From Dicyema japonicum (Eukaryota > Animalia > Dicyemida): a stretch of DNA of 64,000 bases. The stretch covers positions 1,037,071 to 1,101,070 of the forward strand of contig RDEW01000003.1 of the NCBI GenBank assembly GCA_011109175.1, given 5' to 3'. The stretch's first letter is position 1. Every line of letters begins with the position of its first letter. Positions 37,731 to 51,600 of the stretch are shown here, in pieces. Below the pieces are notes generated by a model. It was not told the DNA's origin and ran no database searches. It saw only the letters and a list, made by a program, of their open reading frames with translations. The translations under genes were made by a program, and so were the position numbers.

Positions 37731-38336
37731 ATGACGTCATCTGGTTAACCTGTCTAAGAGTCCAAGGCGGCATATTTTCCATCTTTCACTTTACTATGCC
37801 ATTCCTTGAATGGGTTGATACTACTATGATTTTTTTCAGTGATCACGGAAATAAGGGAACGAGGAGATGCATCGCTTATCACTCTGCACTTACCGTAAGA
37901 CAGAGTCCTGATGGCGTTAAGTAGAGATTTATAGTTTACACATGAGTTTAACTGCCTGATAAAGAGCACGTGGATAATTTTCTTAGTGTCGAAACTTCTA
38001 AAATTTTATAGCCTAGACAGGTTCTTTCTTTAAATAATCTTTAAATAAAATAATTAAATTAAAAAAATATAAAAGTATTCATTTAGGGGTTTCATCCAAC
38101 TAGTCTTAGACGATCACAAATCATTTTTATTAAATCCAAAAACTGATCCTATCTCTTTTTCCGTTGTATCGATTTCAGCCTTTTTCCTGCCCTTCCATTA
38201 GTGCGAGCCTGCATTCTTATCTAACTTTTAACATTACTACCATTCTATACATCTCCGGGGACTTGAAGAACAAATTCAGAAAAATCTTCGCATGGCCTAT
38301 TAACTAATCAATAATTTACAACAATAAAATAAAAAA

Positions 38337-38454
38337 CGTACGACACTATGAGTTCCCAGGCGGTCACCCAGCCAAGTACTTACACAGCCTATAACCGCTT
38401 AACTTCCGTGGTCGGCTGAGAACGGGTGCTTACGGCCAAGTATGATCGTACACT
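38337..38454 (-). rRNA. 5S rRNA: 5S rRNA gene, solitary, 118 nt
   Basis: GTGTACGATCATAC...CGGAAGTTAAGC...AGTACTTGGCTGGGTGACCGCCTGGGAA...TGTCGTACG: 5S internal control boxes, terminal stem, followed by a T6 Pol III terminator (38331-38336). Confidence 0.95.
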
Positions 38455-38799
38455 TTACTTTTGTAAAAATCCCTAAATATTATTCGCATCTTTACTGTTG
38501 TTAGCATTCACAGATGTAATCATCATTAAGTTTGTTCCTATTTTATTTGAAGATGGGGGAGTTGGCTAAATCTATAAATTTTTATTCGGTCAATTACGGA
38601 AGCGTAGTTGAGATCGTTCATGGGTTTCAAGAATATTGCTCCGTCTGAGAGCCAAATAATCCGTTAATGATCCTGAAATTCAGAACGATCTTGTTCTTCA
38701 TGAATTAGTGACTGATTCAGAAGCCAAGGATTTCACTATTAATTCAGCCTACCATTAACTTGAAAACATTAAAATAGCACACGTCCTGTTAACTTGAAA

Positions 38800-38885
38800 A
38801 AGCGATGCTGTCTATTGGCGTGAATCTCGCTGGCAATCCTGAGTGAGAATAGTCACGCAGTCAAGGCGGTTATCGTATAGCCCTC
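38800..38885 (+). mobile_element. CRE-clade extreme 3' end
   Basis: gaatctcgctggcaatcctgagtgagaatagtcacgcagtc matches 26427-26470. Confidence 0.65.
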
Positions 38886-38919
38886 GGATTGAACAGTCGA
38901 GTTGAGGAATTACTATTGC

Positions 38920-39200
38920 ACTTTACGAAGAGCCCTATTAGCTATAGCTCCTCCCAGATAAGACACATACTTTATTTTAACTAAACAACAGTTATCACAA
39001 CTAATCGACGAGGGAGAACCAAGGAATACTCTTCATTTCTTTTTTTGTTGAGTGTGAGTCCTTTTGTAGACGTACCAGTTCCGAAAGAAGATATTCACTG
39101 ATAACGCGTCACTCGTCAAGCCAAAGCATCGTAGATGCGTGGGACAAACCTTCAGCCGGAAAGTACAGCAGCGAGATTCAAACTAGGGCCATCAGACCTT
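38920..39200 (-). mobile_element. SINE-like family G copy
   Basis: Shared core gggagaaccaaggaat...gtcactcgtcaagccaaagcatcgtagatgcgtgg. Confidence 0.75.
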
Positions 39201-39286
39201 CTGCCTGTCACGTGCTACAATCCACCACCCGGAATGATCGTTTATATTAAAAATAAATGAATTTATTTATTGTTGCTTAGCAACAG

Positions 39287-40863
39287 ATGTTCGATGACAG
39301 TGAAGTTGAACTGGTAGAATTCAAACCTGAGCAAATAAAAAAGTAATGACAAAGCACGTGACATTGTAGCAGTAATTCTAAAAATGAGGTCGAAATCCAA
39401 ACTGACGATATAATATTTTCTAACGTAGCAATTCAGTCCTACAAAACCAAAGAAAATGAAGTAAACGAAATAATAATCTGAAGACTCAATCAGACCCTTT
39501 AAATGCTGAGATCAAAAAAGTTGAATTCGATGAGAAAAAATTGAAAATTTTTCTGGATAAAGCAGAAAATCGAATGACTGAAATCATCAAGATGGCAAAT
39601 AAATCCACGGCTTTTTCAGGTTTGCAAAATATAAGGAGTTCAGACTACAAATGTTCCCACGAAGAGGCGAATCAGGTTTTAAGGGAGCAAAAGACGATCA
39701 TAACCGATTTAAAGTCCTCAGTTTCTTGCCTTGATTGGAATTCTTCAGGCTTATCCTGATCGCGGCAACGTGATTTTGTGGTTTTCAGAGGATAGATTCT
39801 GCGAACCGTTTCATGAAGGATTTTGCACTCATGAAAGTGAGGTCAGATCTTGGAATGTGGCGAAAGAATACAAATCCTCAACTAAAAAGTGTCAACATTG
39901 TCTAAAACTGAATTCTTGTGGATCTACTTTAAAATTTCATCCAAAAAACGGATCTTTGCTGGCCATTGGTTGTTATTCTGGTTGGACTAGTTTTTTGAAT
40001 CGATCTTAGGCGAAGTTGTAATCTGCTCTTTGCTGGACGAAAATTCTGCAATCAATGCGACCACAGCATTGTGCGAATCACAGGGCCATTTTAAATTCAT
40101 GATTGATATTTTTTGGTTATGTGAGGACCCACGTGATAAAATCGTAGTATTTGGTAAATTCACGTTAGCTGACTTGCTCGGCAGATTCAATCATCATTCT
40201 GTGGGCTGTCGACTTGACTGAGAATAGAATTTCCTGTCTAAATTTGTCATTTTAGTAAGAAATGTTATAGAATTGACATTGGACAGCACATAAACGGGGA
40301 TCTCACACGGATGATCTATTTTGGTAGTGAGCTGTTATGTGGGACCTCATTTGGGGACATAATGAGGATACTCTGGGATTTCAAAGCTTCCACTGATAGT
40401 TGGGATATTTATCAATTTTAGAGAAAACTTGGAGATAGACAAAAGTACAAACTTCGAATCACATCGTAGCTCCATTGTAGGGTTAAGGAAGCGGTCGAAT
40501 GGTCCATTTTTCGTTTCAATCTGTTCACGTGGTCAAGTTAGATTGTATGACCTCCATAAAGTAATTGTACATATTCAAGACAGCCTAGCCCTGTCCAACA
40601 GGTCGACTTGGGAGAGACTGCCACCACTTTTGATTTCATTGAACCGTATTTGAGCATAGTGGGTCTGAGCAATGGATCAGTCGTACTTTTCTCATTGGGG
40701 CAAGACTCTCCAGATTCTTGCGAAACTTTTACGCATGGACGTCCCGTTTCATTCGTCAAAGTGTCCTCATATTTGTTTTTTAATTGTAATAAAAATTAGA
40801 GATCAAGTAGCTACTTCAGACGTCGAAGGATCGATTAAACTATGGAAGTTGAGTTTCAAGTGA
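39287..40863 (+). CDS. DYNC2I2: WD-repeat intermediate chain of ciliary dynein-2 (WDR34)
   Basis: SVSCLDWNSSG; EVRSWNV; LKFHPKNGSLLAIGCYSG; FESH...GQVRLYDL; QVATSDVEGSIKLWKLS*, in the order of human WDR34. Confidence 0.75.
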
Positions 40864-41459
40864 GAGGAGGCATTACTACAGAAGTTGAACCAAAACTTAC
40901 AATTCTTACTATTACAGCTGTGATTGTTAATATTCGCATTTTAAGTTACTATGTCAAGGAAACAATCTAGAGAGGGACCCACGTGTTTCTAAAGGGTTTC
41001 TGCGAAGAATCAGGAAACTCACTTAAAAATTGCTTATGCAGAGGAATACAGATCGGTCCTAAAGAAGGATACCTCGATCAAGTTTTTCCGTAGACAGTCG
41101 TTGAGGCACTTCTAAGCAAGAGCGTGCCAAATCTTTCTGCTCGGGGTGGCTGCCCGTATGGTGCCCTCTAGGCACGCCCCTGTGTCTAAGTGATCTCGAT
41201 CGACAAAAGGTAGGATGATACCACAAGGACTGACATCCTCTTTTGTTCTTTTCATTGGACATGCAGACAGCTCATATGTGGCGAGGTTCCAAGGGATCTG
41301 AGAAGATTCTTGTAAGAAAGGCCGTTATAAAAGTTGGCCGTCCCTTTTCATTTCAGTTGTCGTTTAAGTACATCTTATTCAAGATTTATTAATAAAATGC
41401 ACATAATTTATTATTTATTTATTTTTGAAAAAAAATTATTTATTTTAAAAAACAAAAGA

Positions 41460-44400
41460 TCAGTCATCATCAGTAATAGAATGAAATAAATGCTTTAACT
41501 CATCAATTTTACTTAATTTTGCGCTGAGATACTTTATTTTATTGGATTTCGTACAAATTTCAGTCTTCAAATTACTACAGTCAGTCTCCAATCGTTCAAT
41601 CTACAAACGAATAATAACAAAATAAACGTCTTCCTTCAAAACCACCCTCTCACATTCAATCTCCTCAATTCGGATGTTTTTCTTAGCCAGAGTTTCCTCC
41701 AAGCCATCAAGGGCAGATTTCAATTCACAGTTTAACTTCTCGCTATCTCACGAGCCTTAACCTCCTCTACAAAATCAGATTCACCAGAACCCCCATATTT
41801 GAGACCCAAATCAGCATATTGAGTATTCAATGTCTCCAATTGACTTATGACGTCATCAAGGGTGGATTTAGTCCTAAATATTATTATATGAATGAACGTC
41901 AATGAAAATTCCTCCAGGTTTTCATACTCTCTCTTCAACTCAGCCAAATCGACCTGCTTTTGCTCGTAGCTCGAATAACCTCTAGAATTACCTCTCAGCC
42001 AGCTGTTTGTGGTCATCTGTGAGAACTTTGAACTCGTCTTCAACCGCTCCAAGTCTGTCGGCTACATAAAAGTAGAAACCTCTCCAATTCCTCATTCAGG
42101 GCCAAAATCTGTATGGTTTGGACTTCGTTTTGATTTTCAGCCAAAGTTTTAGCTTTAGTCAACTCCCGGCACTGATTTCTACAATTTTTGAGTGAAATTT
42201 TGAGTGAGTTCAACTAGAATACAAAATGGGACGCAACCTCATTCTCTAACGAGACGACTTCTTCTCTACAACGGTCCCCAAATTCAGTGAGCGACTTAAT
42301 CTGCTTGTCACGTGCAATTAGTGCCTCCATCTAAACAAGTAAGACCAATAAAACGTCGATTTTAGCAATCGCTGAGTTTGCGACACACGTGGGTTCAGTT
42401 TTCTCCCCAAACTTCCATTCGTTCATATGTATTGCCAATCTATCCCTCAGACCAGACCACAACCTTTCAGAGTCAATGACCACGTGGGTCAAAATTTCTA
42501 AGGTCTCCATGAATTTAGCTTTGTCGTGCAACCATTGTGCCACAGAATAGTAGAACACGTGACTCTAATATAACAAAGACTACAACCTGGGACACTCCAC
42601 CAATCAGCTGAGAGTCCCCATGTTTCATTAAAAATTTAAATAATGTGAAAAATACATCTTCAGCCGTCAAACTATAAATATCATAAGGTAGAGACTTGCA
42701 GGTGAAAGAAACAAAGTAGTCACTGTCACGTGGCTTAAATTTGTCTTGAAAGTTTTCTAGGTTCTTAATGAGGACAGTCTAAAATAGAGATTTGAAAAAA
42801 CAATGTAATCTGTTAGGCCTTTGACGTGGCCAGATTTAATCAAAATCAAAATTGCTAGAATTATGGTGGTAAATTTGAAGTCGCAGTTATTAAATCACCA
42901 AGTTCGCAGTAAAGATAGGAATTTAGAAAAACGTGGACATCTTCACCGTCTTTTGGTGACTAAAATTATTAAGAGTACAAAACTTGTGCAAATTCGTGCA
43001 GAAATGAGAACACGTGTGTAAAATGCAAATATCTGTCCTCACTTTGCTGCATCGATTGTAATTTATTAAACACGTGTGAGAAGAAGTCGGTCTCACAGAG
43101 GGATTGGCTCACCAACTGACCGTTAGAGCATTTTATTTGCCATTTAATAAAAGTGTGCAAAAGTGAGGAAATCTAAATTCCGATGGCCACAGAAATACCA
43201 TTGAGGCTGTGAAATCATCCACTGTACTGAAGTCATCCACCAATTTGTGAAGCAACTCTTCTGGGAGTAAAATTCTGCACTAAATTCAACGATTACTCGG
43301 AATTTGTCGCTTTCAGTAGGACACTCATTCCAATGAGGCACAGTCGGGCATTCACGTGGGATTCCGGGACACTAAGATCATCAGTCTAATAGACTGCTCC
43401 AAATTATACGGGTTCAGAATCTAAGCAGCAATAAGTTACCGTGTTTAATAATTATGTTTATTTAAAATAACGACCCACGTGAGCATATAAGGTTAGAATA
43501 TGCGAATAGTCATTTACTAATACAAATTACGGTTTCACGTGAGTCACCCGCTCGTGAAAAAATGCCTACACATGTAGCGAACGTTTGTTTGGTCACATAT
43601 TACAGTAGCGTTCAGACAGTCTCATGCCAACAAAAACCACTTAAAAAAGCTACAACAGGCAAATTGGCACAGACGTTGGTAAAGCAGAAAACTATAGATT
43701 ATAGTATCGGTATAATCGGTACTGCAGCATTATATTTACGCCCAATGCCGCAGATAGCACATAAATCTTTCCATCGTGTACATGGACCGAGTTAATGAGC
43801 AGAATAAGCAATAATGCCTAGAAAACCTAACAATTAGCCACTAAAGAATTCCTCCACGGGATACTAAACGGGAAAGAAGCATTTGGTGTCTATAATTGTT
43901 GCCCCACCTTGAGGGTAAATTAGTACAGCATGCATTTTCGCACGTGTGTCAATAAAAAGTAAATTCACCTTATCAGAGATATCTTTATCGCTGCAGAAGG
44001 ACAGCAGGACAATCAACGAAGGCAACGTGGCTTCACTGGAACGTAGATTTTCAAGCAATTTTCTCATAAACCGCTTATTTGCTGTCTTTAATGAAATATA
44101 ACGACTAGACTTGTTTACTACTGAGTGCTCGGTTGGACAGAATTGCCAAGACAGTGAGGGAGAGTTGGCAACCTGAGGTGAGAAAACTAAAAATATTACA
44201 ACGTTGTACATTTCTGTCAAATTTGAGTAGATCTTGTGGAGGTCCACAGAAGGGAGATACTTTACACAGAATCCGACAGAAATGAATATTTTTAAAATCA
44301 AAAATACTTGAATTTAACAAACCTGTTCGCTTGGGTTATTTTTGTTCAAATTTTGTAGCAAAATAGTTAGAATGTCCACATGTCTTGAAAAATATTCGCA

Positions 44401-44678
44401 AAAGTACAAATCACGTGCTATTAATCAAATTTTAATCAAAACTGAATAAGCTTAGTATTTTTAGTCCTGAATCAAAAAAATTGGTATTTTGGAGTATTTT
44501 TACGATAATTTCGGTAATAAAAGGGCAGTGTTTTCGAGAGGAAATAATATTGATATCAGCTGAGGTAAATTTCTTTGATTAATTATATTAAAACATTTAT
44601 AAAATACTCTATCAAGTCATTATCGGATGTGTTATTTGTTAGAGAGAGACTTTTGAATTGACTCAAAATTTCATCCAT
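41460..44678 (-). CDS. CIP2A/KIAA1524-like armadillo plus coiled-coil protein (tentative)
   Basis: N-terminal helical segments LAILSNRALSSKQV-SRYISLKTANKRFMRKLLENL...LIVLLSFCSDKDISDK resemble the CIP2A ARM region; long C-terminal coiled coil ending KIDELKHLFHSITDDD*. Full exon chain not verified. Confidence 0.45.
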
Positions 44679-45244
44679 CTCGAATACCGGGATTTTAAAA
44701 ATTAAATTAATTATTTATTTATTTAAAATTTTAAAATTATTATAAATAATAATACAACACTGGATCTGATAAAATTTCACTGGCGAATTTTGGGACATAT
44801 CGTATGGATATAGTGACACCGTGTAATCTCATTATGGAAGTTTTTTGTCAAATCAAAATGTAACTGGGGGTTTTCGTGGACGGCAGAGAACTACGCTTCT
44901 TTCAGTTCGGATCAAGATATCCGCAAATTGGTGTGAAAATGAGATTAACGGACCACCTCGATTAGTACAGAAGCGTGCTAGTAGGAAAATTGCATGAAGA
45001 AAACTCTTAGAACGGATAGCAAAGAGCTCGACACAAGCGGAACCCTAAGTTTTCATATCTTATGTGTCACGCAGGAGTGCTGCATATGGAGCTCAGTTGT
45101 TAATGCAGCCATCTCCGCAAATCGTGGATTCGATTCCACACCGCTACCCACTTGGTCAAAAAATTTCTTTTACTCTTTTTTTAATTCTTAAAAGGCAACA
45201 TGAGGTCTACCTAGCTCAGGAGACGCAAAGTGAAGTGTGATAAC

Positions 45245-47134
45245 TAGGGCAATTTAAGTGCTAAAATGCTATTTTTATTTTTTATACTTATTTTAATATA
45301 AAATTGAATTTGGAATAATTATTTTTTAATTTTGTTAAAAAAGAACATACATTATAAATGCTATAAGTGCTTTTTTTAATTTTAAATGCTAACTTTTTTT
45401 TAAATGCTAATTTAAATTGCATTTAAAAAATCATTTTAATTTCACCCATAAAATGATAATAAAATAATTTAAATAAAATAATTTAGCACGCTTTATAGTA
45501 CTTTTAGTGATGCCAAAATCCAAGTGTTCGTTGCTTAAGAAAGCTAAGCGTATAGTCTCGGAATTCAAAGATGAGTTCTGTATTGCTGACGATGGCCTTC
45601 TATTTTGTTTTCTTTGTTCATCCAAAGTCAACTGTTCAAAAAAATTTCAGTTGATTCTCATCGTTCTTCTTTAAAAAATCAGAACAATATGCGTATAAAT
45701 TTGATAATACAATTGTAGGTCATTCATGTAATTCAGTTCAAACAACAATAACTGAATCAATCCAAGTAGATTCGGTTAATGAAACGATCACGGAAGCTTT
45801 TGTACAAGCAAACATCCCGCTGTACAAATTAAATAACGATTCGATCAAAAAAATGTTTAAAACATTTAAAATAAACATTTTGTCAGAATTTTCATGCAGA
45901 ACTACGGTCAAGTTTCTTGCAGAAAAAAAGATAAATTAGTTGAAAAATTATTAACGTATTAAAATTTATTTTTAACTTTTAGAAACGAAAAGATTTTTTA
46001 CTAATTGATGAAACAGATATCCGAAGGAAAAGTTTTGTAGTGATTCTAATTGGGAGCATTCGCTTTCCAACAAAATCCTATTTGGTTGAATGCAGAAACA
46101 CTGGAAAATCATACCACTGGTGCTATCATCTGCCAATTAATAGATGACGTCATTAGAGAAATGAAGATTATTCGTGACAATTTTTATCTACTAATTTCAG
46201 ATGCCGCTCCTTGTATGGTTTCTGGTGATATAAATTTATCTAAATAAATAGCTGGTAAAGCATTAATCGTCATAACAACATGCATCATTTGCCGTGTGTT
46301 TCTCATTTGTCACACAACACGAGTTTGCGTATAAAGTGTGCATATCCGGAACTAGATGGCTTAATTGCAAGCATTAAAGCTGTCACAGTAAAAACCCGAC
46401 AACGTCGTAGTTTGTTCAAAGATGTTGGATACCCACCTGATGTGGTAATTACTAGGTATTCTTTTGCTTAATTTATGCAGATGGGGAAGTTGGTTTCAAG
46501 CAGTGAAATATTATTTCATGAATTTTGAAATAATTTTTGAAATTGTTAACGCATTTCAGTCAGATGGAGTTTTAGTATCAAATGCTAAACATCAGTCAGC
46601 AATCCGGATATTAAGTTTCAATTAACGGAAATCATATTAAATTATTCGCAAATGATAGATCTTCTTAAACTTTCGGAGTGTTGTGACTATTCAATCAATC
46701 GGGCATATTATGATATACAAGGACTAATTTTGATAATGACAAGGCAAATAACAAAAATTATATATATAAAAGAATGGAGGCTAATGGATTTAAACCTATT
46801 ATTGAAATGACTGAACCAAAAGTTAGCCAACAAATTATTTTTCTCTTACACGCTGTCAGGCATCCTCTGCATCTGTTGAAAGAGCTATTAAAATGCTTAA
46901 AAATATTTTAAAAAGGATAGGAACTTCCATCCAGACAATATCAAGCATTACTTTTATTATATTACAATAAATAAAATTTAAATGTATATTTTATTATTTT
47001 AAGTTATAGATTTTACAATTTTAAATGATAGATTTTATCGTTTTAAGTGCTAATTTTTATAATTATAATTGCTAGATTTTGTGATTTTTTAGCGCTAAAA
47101 AAATTTTGTTAACTGCTAGAAACAACTTGCCCTA
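45245..47134 (+). mobile_element. hAT DNA transposon with decayed CGGBP1/DUF659-type transposase
   Basis: TIRs TAGGGCAA; perfect 8-bp TSD GTGATAAC (45237-45244, 47135-47142); LFCFLCSSKVN finger, LIDETD, LLISDAAPCM, HLPCVSHLSH, VITR(W), ASVE motifs broken by stops. Confidence 0.92.
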
Positions 47135-47569
47135 GTGATAACCAAAAAAGGTTCCATACTTTCCCTACATCTGACTCCCATCAGGGGAACTGGAGGATTT
47201 GCAACATAGCCCTAATAAATGAATGATTATAAAAGTTATAAATTAGTCATTTACTAGACCTAACTAACAGGTAGTGGACCGGTTACCATAAAACGTCAGC
47301 TTAAAGTGATGGATGATCCTACATTCTTTTAGAATCATCGATGATCCTACTAAGAAAAAGTTAGATTGATAATAAGATCAGGGAGAATTAAAATTCAGAT
47401 CCATTTTTGGAATATCTATCATGGATCACTTCAAATCTTTTATAAGTTTGGGAAGACTTTCAAGCTGCTAGTTTGCCCTTAGGCAACGAATGGCCTTAGT
47501 TGACAAGACATCTTGGTCATTTTTTTTATTTTTTATTGAACCAAAAAACCATCGTCATAACCAAAATAA

Positions 47570-48720
47570 ACAAATTCAAGTGATCCCAGCCTCCCTTAGC
47601 AGTCTCCGCATCTTTTCTCGGTGTTCCGACTGCGTTCCTACGCATTTCCGATATGGACGGGGTCCGCATACCCGAATCCATCGCAGAGGCACTGTTCCAG
47701 TCGCCTCTATCATATTTTTTAGGTTTCTAGGCAGGATTTCCACTCGGAAATATTTCCTTAGTAGGTTTGCTGCCTTCACTTGAATGTTGCATATCTTGTC
47801 CAAATTAGTTGCAGAAAGGTTAGATTTCCAGATATTACATGCGTGTCCTACTGTACCCTCGATGAACTGTCTATTTATGACATCCAGACCACTCAGATCT
47901 TTTTTGTCTCTTAGGTTTCCCAAGAACGCCTTCAGGAAGTTGATTTTTCTCGTACAAGTCAATAGCATTTTTTCGACATGTTTTGTAAAGTGTCCAAGGT
48001 GACTCCCAGGATTTTTTGGTATTTATTTGGCGGATAATCTTCCCATCCAGTGTGACGTCAATTGATACTTTCCCTAGTCTTCTGTTTGTCGTAAATCGGG
48101 TCGACACCGACTTCTCCGGGCTAGCAGTCAATTGATTTTCCTAAAGCCATAAACTTAATTTATTCATATTGTCTTGTATTCTTCTCGTTGCATCCACAAT
48201 ACTCGCATCCCACAAGGCAATGACTATATCATCAGCATACGTTAATAAAATGTCATCGTCCCTTTGAAGAAGTGTCAAGTCATCCATCATAACGTTGAAC
48301 AATAAGGGAGATAATGGGGAGCTTTGGGTAACGCCATTTGCTAATAGTCTCGATACATAACATCGATTGCCAGAGTTGGTCTTTTGTTAAGGCCATCTGT
48401 TATGAATTTCTTTGATGTATTTAGGTGTGATAGTTGATCGCCCCTCTTTAAAACCAGGCTGAAAATTGGCATCAGGGAGGAGTGTTGTGTGAGTGTCATA
48501 ACCATCCTTTCTAGGATTCTTGTCTGGACGCACAATAGCGACAAAGGCCTGTAGAAAGCAGGGTCCTCCCTTAGTTTCCCCGGCTTCCGTATTGGATGAA
48601 TATTCGAAAGTTTTCATATAGCGGGAATACAGTTGAAGTTGATTGAGTAGTTGAAGATGCATGTTAGTGCTGATACTCCCACTTTGCCCATCTTTTTAAC
48701 AGAATAACCGGGATTCCGTC
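47570..48720 (-). mobile_element. Degenerate LINE RT to 3' end (I/Jockey-like)
   Basis: AIVRPDKNPR; QPGFKEGRST; GVTQSSPLSPLLFNVMMD; LTYADDIVI; C-terminal ORF 47576-47968. Confidence 0.8.
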
Positions 48721-49250
48721 CGGTTCACAAAAATGTGTGTTCTTTGTTCTTCGTCACGGTAGAAATTTTAAAGGATATAAATGATTCTATGCTAATGTTC
48801 TTAAAATACATGATTCAATACAAAATAATATTAAAAAATATATAAATAAAAATAAATATTTAAAAATAAAAAAAAATTATTAATGGAATTCAGTCTTGTG
48901 GGCATTGTCGCTTTATTAATGCCTTCGTAAAACAAGGATTTTCGTGACTCAAAATGATATTATTTACGTTAAATAATAATTCTACTCGCCTAGTATCGAA
49001 ATTGTATATAATTTCAGCAATTTTACAGTTATTTTTTAAATTACTAGTCAACGTCCCTTATTTTAAATTTTATGCAAGATGCCATTTTGGTAGAATTTTA
49101 ATTCAAGCTGATCACAAATCGCTGTTGACGTCTCACTATTTAAATATTATATTTTAGCATCAAATTTGTGATTAAATTTGAATTTTATTATTTTAAATTT
49201 AATTGATTAAATAAAATAATTAATTATATTTAAATAATTTGTGACGTGTG

Positions 49251-50713
49251 ATGGGAAGGAAGATTGTTTCTGATTCAAAGATGGTATTCAAAACGGGGGA
49301 TTTTGTATTCGCCAAGCTGAAGGGCTATTCTCCCTGGCCTGCCAAAGTAAGCACTTACAATATAAAATCTCCAACGAAATACCTATTTCTAGATTGACTC
49401 CAACCTTGGAGAAGTATTCCCCCGAAAGTATAGAGTCTTCTTTTACGGGACAAGCCAGACGTGAGTTTTGAGTTTTACCATTCTTAGAGCTTATTTGACT
49501 GAGAAAGATATTTTCCCATTCGAAGAGTTCAAAGCCAAGTTTGAGACCACTAACAAGTCCTTCGACTTTGTAAAAGCCATTTCCGAGCTCGAATACGCCC
49601 AGAGTAACAAATCCGCATCGAAAAGTCCAGTTTTCGACGACGGATCTAAAACCCCACAATTTTTGTACTCAGAAGACGAATCTGGACAGAAATCCCCGCC
49701 TTCTGTATTTCCTAGCCAAAGAAAACCCAAAAAGTTTATTAAATTCTCACTTTAGGCACAAAAGCGACGCTGAAAAGACCAAAAAGAAATAATAAAGTTA
49801 CTGATTCTAGCAAACTGCCCGATAACTCCACAATTTCGGCCATGAAAAGGTCCTCGTTTTAAATATTTTCTAGGAAACTATCCTCGGATAAGTCACTAAA
49901 GAACATATCTAAGATTCCTAAAGTATCTAGAGTCGAGATCTCTGAGGAGGACATTATGAAACAATTCGATTTGGATATAAAGAACTCCTCAGAGTTTCTG
50001 ACCCAGTCTGCCTTTATTTTTACATAGAATATCGAAAATTGTGCTGACATCCTCAACCGAGCTGTCACCCACGAGTTCACAGCAAACTCCCTAATTAAAT
50101 ACCCAGAACTTATAACAACACTAAAGAAGGTATAACTAAGAGTTAATTTTAATTTTTTTATTTTAAATTTTTATTTTTATTTTTAACTAACTTTATTCCG
50201 TAATTGATTTTTTAGGTGAGGAAGTACAAAGGAAGTAGGAAGTTCGGGATTTGGCTGACAAAGTGTTGATCAAACTTAAAGAGGCTTGCCGATCTCTTCA
50301 ATCTTTGGAATTTGGTCGAATATTTCAAATTAATAGAGTTATGAGTATGATTTGGGTTTATATGACAGCCAAAAAGCCGGATCCTCCTCGTCCTGAAGAG
50401 CCTTTGCCTCCAAAATCAGTGAATATGCCTGAAATGACCTTCTCTGAGAAATTGGCTGAGGCTGAGGAGGTTGTTGTTAGAAGATTAGTCTCTTTAGAAA
50501 ACCCGCATTAGAATCAACGAGACGATTGCTCAGATTATGCGCGAATCCACTATTAACTTGCCGGAATATGTTGTTAATTCAAATAAGGACAATACGAAGA
50601 CTTCAAATCTTGTTAATAATTCAAGTGGTACTAAAAGAAATCATATTGATGACTTTGATGTGTATGCGAATGACTTAAATGATGAGGACATCCTTAATAT
50701 GCTGGGTGTATGA
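49251..50713 (+). CDS. HDGF/LEDGF-family protein (PWWP plus integrase-binding domain)
   Basis: FKTGDFVFAKLKGYSPWPAK...YRVFFYGTSQTAYLTEKDIFPF (PWWP) and NCADIL...YPELITTLKKVRKYKGS (IBD); HDGFL2/PSIP1 type. Confidence 0.88.
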
Positions 50714-50829
50714 CTTTTTCACATTTATATTGATATTTGTTCATTCTATGAGCTCTTATTGAGGTACATAGAAGACAACTATGGTCCTTTATAGGATTGA
50801 AGTGGCTAACACGAATAAGGAAGTAAAAT

Positions 50830-51050
50830 ATAACCCCTAAGTTTGCTTGTTAGGAAGGCAAGCTGCAATCTGTTCGGTCACATCCTAAGAGTGGGTCAAA
50901 CAGCGAATGTTTATATGAAGGACTACTTCCAGCATCAAGAGAAAGGTCCCACCTCCGTACAACTATTCCTGTGGTTTTCGGTGGGATTCAAGGGTTGTAA
51001 AATACCTCTGAAGAATGAGGAAGATTTTGGTGATCTGAGGAGTCTGCATT
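50830..51050 (+). mobile_element. RTE-like LINE 3' fragment
   Basis: NLFGHILR...MKDYF...LKNEEDFGDLRSL. Confidence 0.6.
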
Positions 51051-51229
51051 CAAATATAGGACCAGTTATCCATGTCAGGGGCTACCAAGTCATGTGAACA
51101 CTGACTGGAAAAATATTTCTTTGTGGAATTGAAGGAGAAAGCTATTATGTGTGAGAGTATTGACGTTTCAAAGAACGCATATTTGTTGAAATTATGAATC
51201 ACGGAATTTCTTATTGAAAATAGAGCTAA

Positions 51230-51600
51230 TCGGTTTTTGGACAATTCAGAGAGCCTTCTTGGTCGAACAACGTCTGATTACAGTGGATCCACTGTTGTGT
51301 GTTCAAATCCGAAAGATGGACTTTTCTTTGAAGGTCAATTTCTCATCAACCGAACCCTACCCGTGACGCGACGAGTCTTTCTAGTACGACACAGTTGTTA
51401 AATGGGATCCGCCTACCTTCTCCCTAACCAACACCACTGGTGAAGATTACCATTATGAAAACTCCTACCTAATAATGAAATGATGTCCGCGATGGTAGGA
51501 TGTGTGACGAAAATGGAAGAGGGTGGATTCACTTCTCCATTTCTATCGGAAGTTGAAGCTTGTAATGGATTATTAGAGGATGGATTTGGTCAGCACATGC
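51230..51600 (-). repeat. Degenerate coding family H, second copy
   Basis: Homologous to 25850-26110(+). Confidence 0.5.

Noticed and set aside
37754-37969. Small minus-strand gene downstream of 5S
   Set aside because: Open frame with a plausible acceptor, but no recognisable motif or upstream exon chain.
45110-45152. tRNA-Leu gene (GTGGATTCGATTCCACACCGCTACC)
   Set aside because: Only a T-arm/acceptor-like 3' piece; no matching 5' half found.
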